From assembly GCA_031409655.1 (NCBI GenBank), contig JANNXQ010000029.1, forward strand, positions 1 to 64,000: a stretch of 64,000 nt of DNA, in the 5' to 3' direction. Origin of the DNA: Chthoniobacteraceae bacterium (GTDB taxonomy: Bacteria; Verrucomicrobiota; Verrucomicrobiia; Chthoniobacterales; Chthoniobacteraceae). Positions 1-8,602 of the stretch are shown here, piece by piece. Position 1 is the stretch's first letter. The number at the start of each line of letters is the position of its first letter. Below the pieces are notes generated by a model, which searched no databases, was not told where the DNA came from, and saw only the letters and a program-made list of their open reading frames with translations. A program made the translations under genes and the position numbers.

Positions 1-72
1 GAACTTCTCCCGCCGGGTGATCTTCTTTTTGCGGCTATACTCGGTCTGCGCGAAACTCCGTTGGGCTTCCAT
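1..72 (-). CDS. IS5-family transposase, N-terminal part only
   Basis: Manual translation from ATG at 72: MEAQRSFAQTEYSRKKKITRREKF, like the IS5 transposase start (Q.SF...EY..K.K.TRRE.FL). Confidence 0.75.
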   Translation of the reverse strand, partial: MEAQRSFAQTEYSRKKKITRREKF

Positions 73-135
73 CCCTCTACGACCCCGCACCTCCTCATGA
101 CCTTTGCCCACGCGTCTGATTAAATCAGCGTTTCC
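1..135 (-). mobile_element. Left end of an IS5-family insertion sequence (continues beyond the window start)
   Basis: Minus strand begins GGAAACGCTGATTTAA (135->120), resembling IS5-type terminal repeats, followed by a transposase N-terminus. Confidence 0.7.
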
Positions 136-247
136 ATAGCGGATCCCTGGGAGCGCCGCCGTCTCCGTGCGGCATCCTCCCAAACGCGCGCAGCGCCCAT
201 CCCCCTTCTGAGCGTTCCGGGCCAGAGCGATGCCGTGGGATATTTCT

Positions 248-372
248 TTTAACGCAGAGACGCAGAGATCGCAGAGGAAATGAGGGCGGGCATTTTTCCA
301 TCCACCGTGCGGGGTGTGGGTTCGTGAATATTTCTCTGCGTCCTCTGCGTCTCCGCGTCTCTGCGTTTTAAA
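248..372. repeat. Palindromic REP-like repeat built from ACGCAGAG units
   Basis: aacgcagagacgcagagatcgcagagg ... ctctgcgtcctctgcgtctccgcgtctctgcgtt form inverted arms. Confidence 0.8.
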
Positions 373-512
373 AATACTCGCTCCCGACTTCCATCGTACC
401 ACAGCGTTGCAGTGGCACCGAGTGCGTAGGTGACGATGTCGCGAGAGAGGCTGCGCTCCCAGGCCCGCAACTCTCAACTATCCACCTCCGGGCGCCTCTG
501 GTACCGACGGTC

Positions 513-2015
513 ATGCCCGTCTCCGCCCCCACGCAACGCCAGCGCGTCCTTACTCTCATTGCCGCCATCCTCGGTTGGATGTTTGACGGCTTCGAGATGG
601 GCCTCTTCCCGCTCATCGGCCAGCCGGCGCTCACCGATCTCCTCGGGCCGGATTCGCCGCCCGGCGATGCGGCGAAATGGTTTGGGGCGATCATCGCCGT
701 CTTCCTCGTCGGCGCGGCCAGCGGCGGGGTGCTCTTTGGCTGGTTGGGGGACAAAATCGGGCGCGTTCGCGCCATGTCGATCAGCATCTTTACCTATGCG
801 ATCTTCACGGGCTTGTGCGGCTTTGCCACCGAAGCCTGGCACATCGCGGGGTTGCGTTTCATCGCTTCGCTCGGGATGGGCGGCGAGTGGTCGCTGGGGG
901 TGGCGTTGGTGAATGAAATCTGGCCGGGCAAATCGCGCGCGCTCACGGCGGGCCTGATCGGCGCAGCGGCGAATGTGGGCTACCTGCTCGTGGCCGTGCT
1001 CAGCATGGTGATGCTCAGCTTCATCGGCAGTGCGGAGTCGCTGCTTCTGGGCCTGGGCGTCTCGGCAGAGATGACGGCCAAGCTGCTCTCCAACTCCGCC
1101 TGGCGGCTCCTCATGATCAGCGGCTCCATCCCGGCGCTGCTCATCTTTTTCATCCGCATCTTCGTGCCGGAATCCTCCAAGTGGGAGGCGGAGCGGGATC
1201 GCGGGGCGACCTCGCATTGGGCGAATGTGGATCTCTTCGGCGTGCTCATCGGCAGCGTCGCCGCGCTCGCCATCGTCTGGGCCTGGTCGCCGGCCGGAGT
1301 CGGCGCGCTCGCGGCCATGGCCGTGACGATCGTCGGCCTGATCATTGCCTTGTTCGGGTACCTCTATCCGGCGCGGCGCTACGTCGCGCGCGCTGAACTC
1401 GCTGGCTCCCTGCGCCAGGGTCAGGGCCGGGTGATCGTGCGGATGATGCTCTTCGGCGCGGGCCTCGCTGCCGTCGCGCTCCTCGGCACCTGGGGCTCCA
1501 CGCAGTGGGCGCCGCGCTGGGTCGTGCAGCTCGAGCCCGACCCCGCCAAGCACGCCACGGAGTGGACGCTCTTCTGGCTTTCGATGGGCGCGATCGTCGG
1601 CACCATGGCCGCTGCGCTCGCTGCCGGGCGCTTCGGGCGCCGCATCACCTACGCCGTGCTCTGCGTCCTTTCCATCGGCGCCGCGCTGCTACTCTACCAG
1701 ACGAATACCAGCTACAATTCCTACTTCCTTTTCTGTACCTTCGTCGCCGGCGCGATGACGGCCTCCTTCTACGGTTTCTTCCCGCTCTATCTGCCCGAGC
1801 TTTTCCCCACCGCCGTCCGGGCGACCGGGCAGGGCTTCGCCTTTAATTTCGGCCGCATCGTCGCGGCGATCGGCGGCTTGCAGACCGCGAATCTGATGAA
1901 GGTCTTCGACAACAGTTTCGCCAAGGCCGCTTCCCTCATGGCCGCAATCTACGTCGTCGGCCTGTTCCTCGTCTGGTTCGGCCCGGAGACCAAGGGGCGC
2001 GAACTGCCGGAGTGA
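513..2015 (+). CDS. MFS transporter
   Basis: 500 aa, many TM segments, motif A (GWLGDKIGRV), ELFPTAVRATG and PETKG motifs. Confidence 0.9.
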   Translation: MPVSAPTQRQRVLTLIAAILGWMFDGFEMGLFPLIGQPALTDLLGPDSPPGDAAKWFGAIIAVFLVGAASGGVLFGWLGDKIGRVRAMSISIFTYAIFTGLCGFATEAWHIAGLRFIASLGMGGEWSLGVALVNEIWPGKSRALTAGLIGAAANVGYLLVAVLSMVMLSFIGSAESLLLGLGVSAEMTAKLLSNSAWRLLMISGSIPALLIFFIRIFVPESSKWEAERDRGATSHWANVDLFGVLIGSVAALAIVWAWSPAGVGALAAMAVTIVGLIIALFGYLYPARRYVARAELAGSLRQGQGRVIVRMMLFGAGLAAVALLGTWGSTQWAPRWVVQLEPDPAKHATEWTLFWLSMGAIVGTMAAALAAGRFGRRITYAVLCVLSIGAALLLYQTNTSYNSYFLFCTFVAGAMTASFYGFFPLYLPELFPTAVRATGQGFAFNFGRIVAAIGGLQTANLMKVFDNSFAKAASLMAAIYVVGLFLVWFGPETKGRELPE

Positions 2016-2129
2016 AGAGGAAAGGGTGACGGCGGAAGGAGGATGGAGGAAGGTGCCCGAGCGCTCCGAGTGGGCATGCGCTGACTTGCGCTTCATCTTT
2101 TATCCTTCATCGTCCATCGTTTCCGTCTG

Positions 2130-4697
2130 ATGCCCGAATCTCCTTCGACGCCCAGCACCACCGGCTCTCCCGTCGCCTCCCGCGCGGCCCGTGCCCAGTC
2201 GGAGGCCGGAGCTGCGGATGCGGGGGATCGCGCGCGCTTTGCCCGCATCCTGGAGGCGACCACGGACTTCGTGGGCATGGCCAGTCCGGACGGGCGGCTG
2301 ACGTACATCAATCAGGCCGGTCGCGCGTTGATCGGCTGCAAACCCGACGATCCGCTGCCCGAGCACATCCGCGAATTGCACCCCGCGTGGGCTTTTGAAA
2401 TCGTCGCCAACGACGCGCTCGAAGCCGCCACCCGCGACGGGTACTGGAAAGGCGAGACGGCCCTCCTGCGGCGCGATGGGCACGAGATCCCCGTCTCCCA
2501 AGTCATGCTTACCCACGCGGGGCCGGACGGTGCGGTCGAGTTCATCTCCACCATCATCCGCGACATCAGCGACCGGAAGCGCGAGGAGATCGCGCGCATG
2601 GAGTGGGCCAATCGCTACGACGCCGCCATCCGCTCCAGCGGGCAGGTGCTCTTCGACTGGAACTCCGCCAGCCACGACGTCACCTACGCCGGCGATCTTG
2701 AGAGCGTCCTCGGCTACAGCATGAGCGAAATGCGCGGCGGCCTGGACCGCTTCCGGCAGCTCTTGCATCCCTCGGATCTGCCGGGCTTCGACGAGGAGAT
2801 CAAACGCGTGACCTCCACCCGCGATCCCTTTCGCCAGGAGTTCCGCGTCTGGCGCAAAGACCGCCGCGAGATCACGCTCGCGGCCAATGGGCATTTTTTC
2901 CTCGATCGCCTCGGGCACTACGGACGCATGGTCGGCTTCCTCGCCGATGTCACCGCGAAAAAAGCCGCGCAGGACGAACTCGCGCGCGGCCACGACACGC
3001 TCGAAACCCGGGTGGCCGAGCGGACCGCGGAACTTGCCTGCGCCTACGCCGAGCTGAAAGATCGCGCCGGGCAACAGGAGATGGTCGCGGTGCTCGGGCA
3101 GCGCGCCTTGAGCGGCGTGGAAGTCGCCCTGCTCCTCGCCGAGGCCTGCAAAGTGGTTCGCACCACGCTCCGCATCGACTACTGCTCGATCCTCGAGGTC
3201 ACGCCCGGCCAGAGCGGGCTGCTCTGCCTCGCGGAGTCAGGGTGGCCCGATTCCGCCATGACGCACGTGCCGGGCGGCTGCGCTTCGCAGTCTGGCTACA
3301 CCCTCATGGTGCGCTGCCCGGTGATCATGGAGGACAGCCTCACGGAGATCCGCTTCCAACTCTCCGAAGAAGCCCGGGTGAGCGGGGCCCGCAGCGGCGT
3401 CACCGTGACCATCGAGTCTGGCAAAGAGCCCATCGGGGTGCTCACCGCCTTCTCGCGAGCGTTGCGGAGGTTCACCCAGGACGACGTTCATTTCCTGCAA
3501 TCCGTGGCCAATGTCCTGACCGCAGCCATCGACCGCCAGCGCGCTGAAGAGAGCATTCGCCGCGCGATCCAGCAGGCCGAAGGCGCCAACCGCGCCAAGA
3601 CCGAACTCCTCTCCCGGATGAGCCACGAGCTGCGCACGCCGCTCAATGCCATCCTCGGCTTTACCCAACTCCTGGAGATCGATACGCCCACCCCAAGCCA
3701 GGGCGAATGCATCGACCACATTTCCCGCGCGGGAAAAAATCTCCTCTCGCTGATCAACGAGGTGCTCGACATCTCCCGCATCGAATCTGGCCACACCGAA
3801 CTCACCACCGAACCCGTCGAAGTCGGCCTCTTTCTCCGCGATTGCGTCGCGCTCGTCCACGACATCGCGTTGCGCCACCGCGTCAGCATCCATCTCGACC
3901 CGAGCTGCGAGCGCCCGTCCCACACCGTCCTCGCCGACCCGCAGCGCCTCGGCCAAGTCTTCACCAATTTGCTCACCAATGCCGTGAAGTACAACCGCCC
4001 CGGCGGCCAGGTCACCTTGCACTGCGCGGACGAGGCCAGCCGGGCCCTGCGCATCTCCGTCACCGACACCGGCGTCGGCGTCGCGGCGGAAAAAATTGGC
4101 CGGCTTTTTCTCCCCTTTGAGCGCTGCGGCGCGGAGGCCACGGACGTCGAAGGGAGCGGTATCGGCCTCGCCCTTTCGCGCAGCATCATCCAGGCGCTCG
4201 GTGGTGAGATCGGCGCGGAAAGTGTGGAAGGTGAGGGGAGCAACTTCTGGGTCGTGCTCCCGTGTCCCGAGCCCGCGCCGAAGCTGCCGGAGCCCACTGC
4301 CCCGCCGTCCGCCGGGCCCGCCAAGAAGACCATCCTCTACATCGAAGACCAGGAGCTGAATATCCGCCTCGTCGAGCGGGTCCTTTCCACGCGCCCCGAG
4401 TATCAGCTCATCACCGCCACGCGCGGCGGCACGGGGATCGACCTCGCCCGCCAGCAGCGGCCCGATATGGTCCTGCTCGACCTGAACCTCCCCGACATGT
4501 CCGGCGAAACCGTCCTGCGCGCGCTCAAGGCCGACCCCGCCCTCCGTTCCATCCCCGTCGTCATGCTCAGCGCCAATGCCCTCAGCGACCGCGTCGATTC
4601 CGTGATGGCCGAAGGCGCCAGCGGCTACCTCACCAAGCCGTATAAGGTGGCCGAACTCCTGCGCATCATCGCGAACACCCTGGAGCGGGGAAAGTAA
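2130..4697 (+). CDS. Hybrid sensor histidine kinase (PAS-PAS-GAF-HisKA-HATPase-REC)
   Basis: MSHELRTPLNAI H-box, NLLTNAVKY N-box, DTGVG and GSGIGL boxes, C-terminal receiver (LLDLNLPDMSG, YLTKP). Confidence 0.93.
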   Translation: MPESPSTPSTTGSPVASRAARAQSEAGAADAGDRARFARILEATTDFVGMASPDGRLTYINQAGRALIGCKPDDPLPEHIRELHPAWAFEIVANDALEAATRDGYWKGETALLRRDGHEIPVSQVMLTHAGPDGAVEFISTIIRDISDRKREEIARMEWANRYDAAIRSSGQVLFDWNSASHDVTYAGDLESVLGYSMSEMRGGLDRFRQLLHPSDLPGFDEEIKRVTSTRDPFRQEFRVWRKDRREITLAANGHFFLDRLGHYGRMVGFLADVTAKKAAQDELARGHDTLETRVAERTAELACAYAELKDRAGQQEMVAVLGQRALSGVEVALLLAEACKVVRTTLRIDYCSILEVTPGQSGLLCLAESGWPDSAMTHVPGGCASQSGYTLMVRCPVIMEDSLTEIRFQLSEEARVSGARSGVTVTIESGKEPIGVLTAFSRALRRFTQDDVHFLQSVANVLTAAIDRQRAEESIRRAIQQAEGANRAKTELLSRMSHELRTPLNAILGFTQLLEIDTPTPSQGECIDHISRAGKNLLSLINEVLDISRIESGHTELTTEPVEVGLFLRDCVALVHDIALRHRVSIHLDPSCERPSHTVLADPQRLGQVFTNLLTNAVKYNRPGGQVTLHCADEASRALRISVTDTGVGVAAEKIGRLFLPFERCGAEATDVEGSGIGLALSRSIIQALGGEIGAESVEGEGSNFWVVLPCPEPAPKLPEPTAPPSAGPAKKTILYIEDQELNIRLVERVLSTRPEYQLITATRGGTGIDLARQQRPDMVLLDLNLPDMSGETVLRALKADPALRSIPVVMLSANALSDRVDSVMAEGASGYLTKPYKVAELLRIIANTLERGK

Positions 4698-4815
4698 CCC
4701 TGGAGCGACCGCATCCCGCCGTCCGGCCGCTACAGAGAAAGATTTTTCCGCCGTAGCGCGAGCTGCGGAACTTGGGTTAACGCGTAAAAGGGCTTTCCGT
4801 CCCCACGCGGCAGGC

Positions 4816-4893
4816 CTGGCTCGTTACGTGCAAAACACGGCGCTCGGGAATATGGCCAATGTCGCCGATAACGAAGACGGCATCACCTTTACC
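4816..4893 (+). pseudogene. IS91-family (Y2) transposase relic, catalytic-tyrosine segment
   Basis: Manual translation LARYVQNTALGNMANVADNEDGITFT resembles the (Y)LARY..R.A.SN.R......VTF segment of IS91-type transposases. Confidence 0.55.
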
Positions 4894-4933
4894 CTAAATC
4901 CGGCGATGGGATTTAGAACGCAGAGCAACTGAG

Positions 4934-5774
4934 TTAGTCGGCAAGAACGAAATCTGGGTATTTGAAGAGGTGTTTGAGGAGGCAGGCGAGCTTTCGCATG
5001 ACGGCTACGAGGGCGACTTTTTTGAGTTTCCCCGCGCTGCGGAGACGTTGGTCGAAGGCTTTGAAGAAGCGGTTGTGGACGCTGGCGACCATGGCGGCCA
5101 TGTACAGAGCGGAGCGGGGCGCGGCGCGCCCACCGGCGATGTGGCGGGCGCCCTTTTTCTGGCCGCTGTCGCGATCGAAGGGAGCGAGGCCGAAGAGATG
5201 GGCGGCTTCGCGGCGGCAGAGCGTGCCCAGTTCCGGCACGTGGCCGAGGACGACGACGATCAGGGCGTCGAGCTGGGCGATCTGGCGGGCGATCTGGCGG
5301 GCGAGCCCGCGCAGGAGCGCGCGTGCCTGGGTGCGCAGCTTTTTCAAGGTGAGATGCGCAAAGCGATTGAGCTCCGCGGGGCGCGCGGCCACGAGCTGGG
5401 CCCGCCCAGAGCGCATGCTGGGCGGCCGAGGGCGGTGCGTCGGCGGGCGGATCGAGTTTGGCCCCGTAGTCGGCGAGTTCGAGGGCGTCGATCGGGTCGC
5501 TCTTGGCCCGGCGGCCCTTGGCGCGGGCCAAGTCGCGGGCCTGGCGCGGGTTGATCACGCTCAGGGTGCGGCCGGCTTGATGGAGCGCGAGGGACAGGGC
5601 GCGTTCGTAGCCGCCGGTGGTTTCGAGGATGACGTGGGCGCCGGCCGGCAGAAGCGCGTGCAACGCGCGGTGGCCGGCGGCGGTGTTGGGCTGTTCTTGG
5701 CGCCGGCCGGGGCCGGCCAGCACGAGGGTGGCCTTGGCGACATCGACGCCTTAGTGAACTTTGGATGGGGTCAT
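4934..5774 (-). pseudogene. IS110 DEDD recombinase/transposase pseudogene
   Basis: MTPSKVH*GVDVAKATL...ETTGGYE...INPRQAR...AKSDPIDA, then a frameshift near 5400 into GLAPFDRDSG...GGRAAPRSALYMAA...KVALVAVMRKL; in-frame TAA at 5751-5753. Confidence 0.9.
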
Positions 5775-5799
5775 GGTGTGGAGTGGGTTTGCGGGTTTG

Positions 5800-5955
5800 G
5801 CTTGGACTCTGTCTTGCGCTGCGAGCTCACGCGGGCTTTTGGCTCTGCGGGCTCCGGCAACGGTTCGAGTTTGGACCAGATGGGGGCGCGGGGTTCCGGC
5901 TCTGCGACGGGTTCGCTTTGTTGCGACCCTGGACGCGCACGAACTCACCGGCCAC
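5800..5955 (-). ncRNA. Putative IS110 bridge RNA (target- and donor-binding loops); boundaries approximate
   Basis: Two stem-bounded internal loops carry segments matching the target (TCAGCGT-CT-CTGCG) and the donor junction (TCAGTTG-CT-TGTAT). Confidence 0.7.
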
Positions 5956-6222
5956 CTTCCAGCCGGCGGGGATCAAACCCGCCTTCTGGAACTGGTCGCC
6001 TTGCTCCTGCCGCAAAGGCCTCGGCAAGACGACAAATCAACATACAAGACGCTGAGGCGCAGAGCTCGCAGAGGAAGGGAACAAACGCACTTTCCAAGAC
6101 GCGCACCCATCCGCCGCCTCGATTCCGCTCTAACTCTGCGTCCTCTGCGTTTTAAATCCCAATCCCGCTTTCAGGGTAAGATACTACGGCCGCGTAAAAG
6201 GCTTTGCCTCACGCGGCGAGAC

Positions 6223-6396
6223 TGGCTGCATCCGAATGCGCGGAAGCGCTTCCGGAAAGTGCAGACGCTGCTGGAAGTGCGCATCTACCTCGCCCAGCCC
6301 GCGCCCGTGGACCCACCGCGGCACCTGCGCTGCGCGCACTGAGGGGCCTTTGCCCGGGTGATCGTGGGCCGCCTGTCGCGCTGCCGCTCGCCACCC
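6223..6396 (+). pseudogene. IS91-family transposase relic, C-terminus
   Basis: WLHPNARKRFRKVQTLL...LRCAH*GAFARVIVGRLSRCRSPP: broken CxxC and terminal RSPP typical of IS91-like transposases. Confidence 0.6.
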
Positions 6397-6401
6397 GGAG
6401 C

Positions 6402-6564
6402 AACTCTGCGAAGGCTCTTTCGCAGAAAGTGGAATCCGCAAGGGAGCGGTCGCGCCGGCGGGGCGGTTAAGACTCTGAGGCGAACGCCCGCCTCCGCATC
6501 ATCCGGGATTGTTCAACAAGGGTTGCTTGCCGACTCCGCGGAAAAGCAACCTTCCGGGTTAGCC
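6402..6564 (-). repeat. ~160-bp conserved element end with attC-like hairpin (6511-6564); copy 1
   Basis: Reverse complement aligns closely with 63415-63578; GGCTAAC...GTTGAAC flank a hairpin. Confidence 0.8.
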
Positions 6565-7295
6565 GTTCGTTCGGTAAACATATCGGCCTCTCCGTGCCAC
6601 TGATGGCTGAGGTCGCGCATGATGAGAGCGTGATCGAAGGTGACACTGCCCGCCGGAAATGCCGACTCGTCGGCGAAGAAGGAAGACTCGACGTGCTCGA
6701 CTGCGAGCGGGCGCACCCGCCAGCCGTCGGTCTGAAGCCGAATGCCATCGAGACGGCAGCAATCGCGGGTGACGGAGTAGCCAACGCTGCCGCCCTCGAA
6801 GTAAGCGGACGACTCAGCCAGTGACTCGAAGCAAGAAAACTCCGGCAACGAATCGCTCTCGTGGGCGCGAAGCTGGACGGCCATGCCCCCATCGCGGGCG
6901 CGAATGGACATGGAAATGTGGGAGCCGTCGTCGATGACGGTGAAATCTGCCAGGTGATGCTCGCCTGGAAAGATGCGTCCGCCCGCAAAATGGTTAAGCC
7001 AAGAGCCAGTGTCGCGGCGCGGGATAAACACGCCCTCGCGCGCCTCGCCGGAAACCTCGTCCCAAAGGACGGCGATACGATGGGCGGCGTTCTCGCTGGA
7101 GATGCCGCAAAAGCGAGGAAGCCTTTCGGGGCGAATCTGCTCCAAGCGGATAAGACAGATGCCAGCAATAGCGTAGCCACGGTGTAGCTTGGGGCGGAAG
7201 GGTGGTGGCAGAAAACGTCTCATAACCTCCGCGTCCACACGAAAGTTGACGAGCAACCTGCGACGAATCAGACCGTTGATTACTGGAAGACGCAT
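6513..7295 (-). CDS. DUF2071-like protein in a cassette-like context
   Basis: MRLPVINGLIRRRLLVNFRVD...AGICLIRL...SENAAHRIAV.W...GVFIPRRDT; start placed at ATG 7295. Confidence 0.75.
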   Translation of the reverse strand: MRLPVINGLIRRRLLVNFRVDAEVMRRFLPPPFRPKLHRGYAIAGICLIRLEQIRPERLPRFCGISSENAAHRIAVLWDEVSGEAREGVFIPRRDTGSWLNHFAGGRIFPGEHHLADFTVIDDGSHISMSIRARDGGMAVQLRAHESDSLPEFSCFESLAESSAYFEGGSVGYSVTRDCCRLDGIRLQTDGWRVRPLAVEHVESSFFADESAFPAGSVTFDHALIMRDLSHQWHGEADMFTERTANPEGCFSAESASNPC

Positions 7296-7577
7296 GGCAG
7301 AACGGCTAGGAGAGTAGGCGGGAAGCGATTGCGGGGGCAAGCTCTGCGCTGGCGCGGGCGTTCGTGGTGGCTTTACGGGCCTGGGGTGGTGAGTGGGCGA
7401 TGGCTTCGGTGGAGCGTTCAATTCCTGGAACGGGGTTTTCAAGGTCTTCAATAGGCCATTCGATGGCTTTAACGGGGCATTTGATCTGTCGGTTGGAGCG
7501 GTTGATAGATTGCTTGATCTCTCGGGAGAATTCCGAACACTGCCGGCGCTCCGCTTTCCCATGTCCACGTCTTCCCC

Positions 7578-7961
7578 ATGACCATCCTCGGCCTTGGTGT
7601 GGACATCACGGAGACGGCGCGGATCGCGACTTCGATCGAGCGGCATGGCGAACACTTCCTGAAGCGGATCTTCACGCCGGGCGAGATCGCCTACTGCTCG
7701 CAGATGCGCGATCCGATGCCCTTTTACGCGGCGCGCTTTGCGGCGAAGGAAGCGGTGTCGAAAGCGCTCGGCACCGGGCTCGGGGGGGATCTGGCGTTTT
7801 GTGAGATCGATATCCAGCGCAAGGAAAGTGGGGAGCCTTTCGTGGTGCTGAGCGGCGCGGGTGCGGCGACGGCGGCGCGGCTGGGGGTGCGGGAAATGAG
7901 GGTGAGCCTCAGCCACTCGGAGCACTATGCGGTGGCGAATGCGCTGGCGATCGGCGCGTAG
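7578..7961 (+). CDS. acpS: Holo-[acyl-carrier-protein] synthase
   Basis: GLGVDI, RIFT..E, AARFAAKEAVSKALGTG, VSLSH motifs. Confidence 0.95.
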   Translation: MTILGLGVDITETARIATSIERHGEHFLKRIFTPGEIAYCSQMRDPMPFYAARFAAKEAVSKALGTGLGGDLAFCEIDIQRKESGEPFVVLSGAGAATAARLGVREMRVSLSHSEHYAVANALAIGA

Positions 7962-8019
7962 GAATTTCTCTGGCCACGGTGCGCCGGGTGATTATTCTGC
8001 CCCTCCGTTTTCGGAAATC

Positions 8020-8094
8020 GCGCGCTTAGCTCAGTGGTAGAGCGCTTGCTTCACACGCAAGAAGTCGCAGGTTCGAACCCTGCAGCGCGCACCA
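8020..8094 (+). tRNA. tRNA-Val(CAC)
   Basis: Cloverleaf: GCGCGCT/AGCGCGC acceptor stem, TGG D-loop, CTTGC-ttCACac-GCAAG anticodon arm, GGTTCGAAC T-loop, encoded CCA. Confidence 0.97.
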
Positions 8095-8118
8095 TCTTCT
8101 CTCCGGGACACGCGCGGT

Positions 8119-8487
8119 CTATTCGCTTGCCGTCTTTTGCTCTAAAGTGGCGCCATTGCGAACGAGCACGTTTTGGCGGATGTCGGCGGCCCACTCGTAA
8201 TGGTAGCCGGGAGGTGGGGCGACATTGGACGCTGGCCCGGAAACGGGTTCTGGCGTGGGCGTGGGCATCCTCGGCTGCTGCCAGCCCCATTTTTCCTGGA
8301 TGGCATTGGCCGAACTGATCGCAGGCAGAGGCGTGATGGGCCTCGCGGGGACGGAGCGGGGTGAAAGATACGCGGAGGCCGTGGGAGCGTCCGAGGAGCG
8401 GGTGGCGATCGCAGCGCGGATTTGCGGGAGCTTCGAATAGACGATGGCCAGGAGGGCACCGATGGCGAACGCGAGGACGAATTTCAT
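8119..8487 (-). CDS. Hypothetical membrane-anchored Pro-rich protein
   Basis: MKFVLAFAIGALLAIVY N-terminal hydrophobic segment; fills the gap between the tRNA and the LysR gene. Confidence 0.55.
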   Translation of the reverse strand: MKFVLAFAIGALLAIVYSKLPQIRAAIATRSSDAPTASAYLSPRSVPARPITPLPAISSANAIQEKWGWQQPRMPTPTPEPVSGPASNVAPPPGYHYEWAADIRQNVLVRNGATLEQKTASE

Positions 8488-8602
8488 GCCGGGGGAAATG
8501 ACTTGCCAATGACGAGCGCAGCCCGGCTCTATCGTCAAGAAAAGGCTTCGTCCCACCGCGCGCGCACCACGTCTCCGCGGGGACGGAAGCCACCCCTGCA
8601 TC

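Larger units (their letters stand above)
4926..6046 (-). mobile_element. IS110-family element (IS621-like layout), decayed
   Basis: Bounded by a repeated AG (CT on the element strand) at 4924-4925 and 6047-6048; long non-coding left end, then the transposase. Confidence 0.85.
4893..6175 (+). repeat. ACGCAGAG-family repeat, split by an IS110 (arms 4893-4925 and 6047-6175)
   Basis: Joining the two arms reproduces the intact copies at 63632-63821 (+) and 26581-26709 (-). Confidence 0.85.

Noticed and set aside
248..372. CRISPR array from ACGCAGAG units
   Set aside because: Units are 8-9 nt, tandem and inverted, with no unique spacers and no cas genes
4962..6155. 397-aa plus-strand ORF
   Set aside because: Antisense shadow of the IS110 element with no recognisable motifs
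6402..7308. Complete classical integron
   Set aside because: No intI and no multi-cassette array; the hairpin is 54 bp with non-canonical spacers, so it is reported only as attC-like
7296..7925. N-terminal extension of the 470-aa ORF 6513-7925
   Set aside because: Antisense to acpS and crosses non-coding sequence; the recognisable domain starts at ATG 7295
8020..8120. Integrative element at tRNA-Val
   Set aside because: No integrase nearby and no duplicated tRNA 3' end seen in the window
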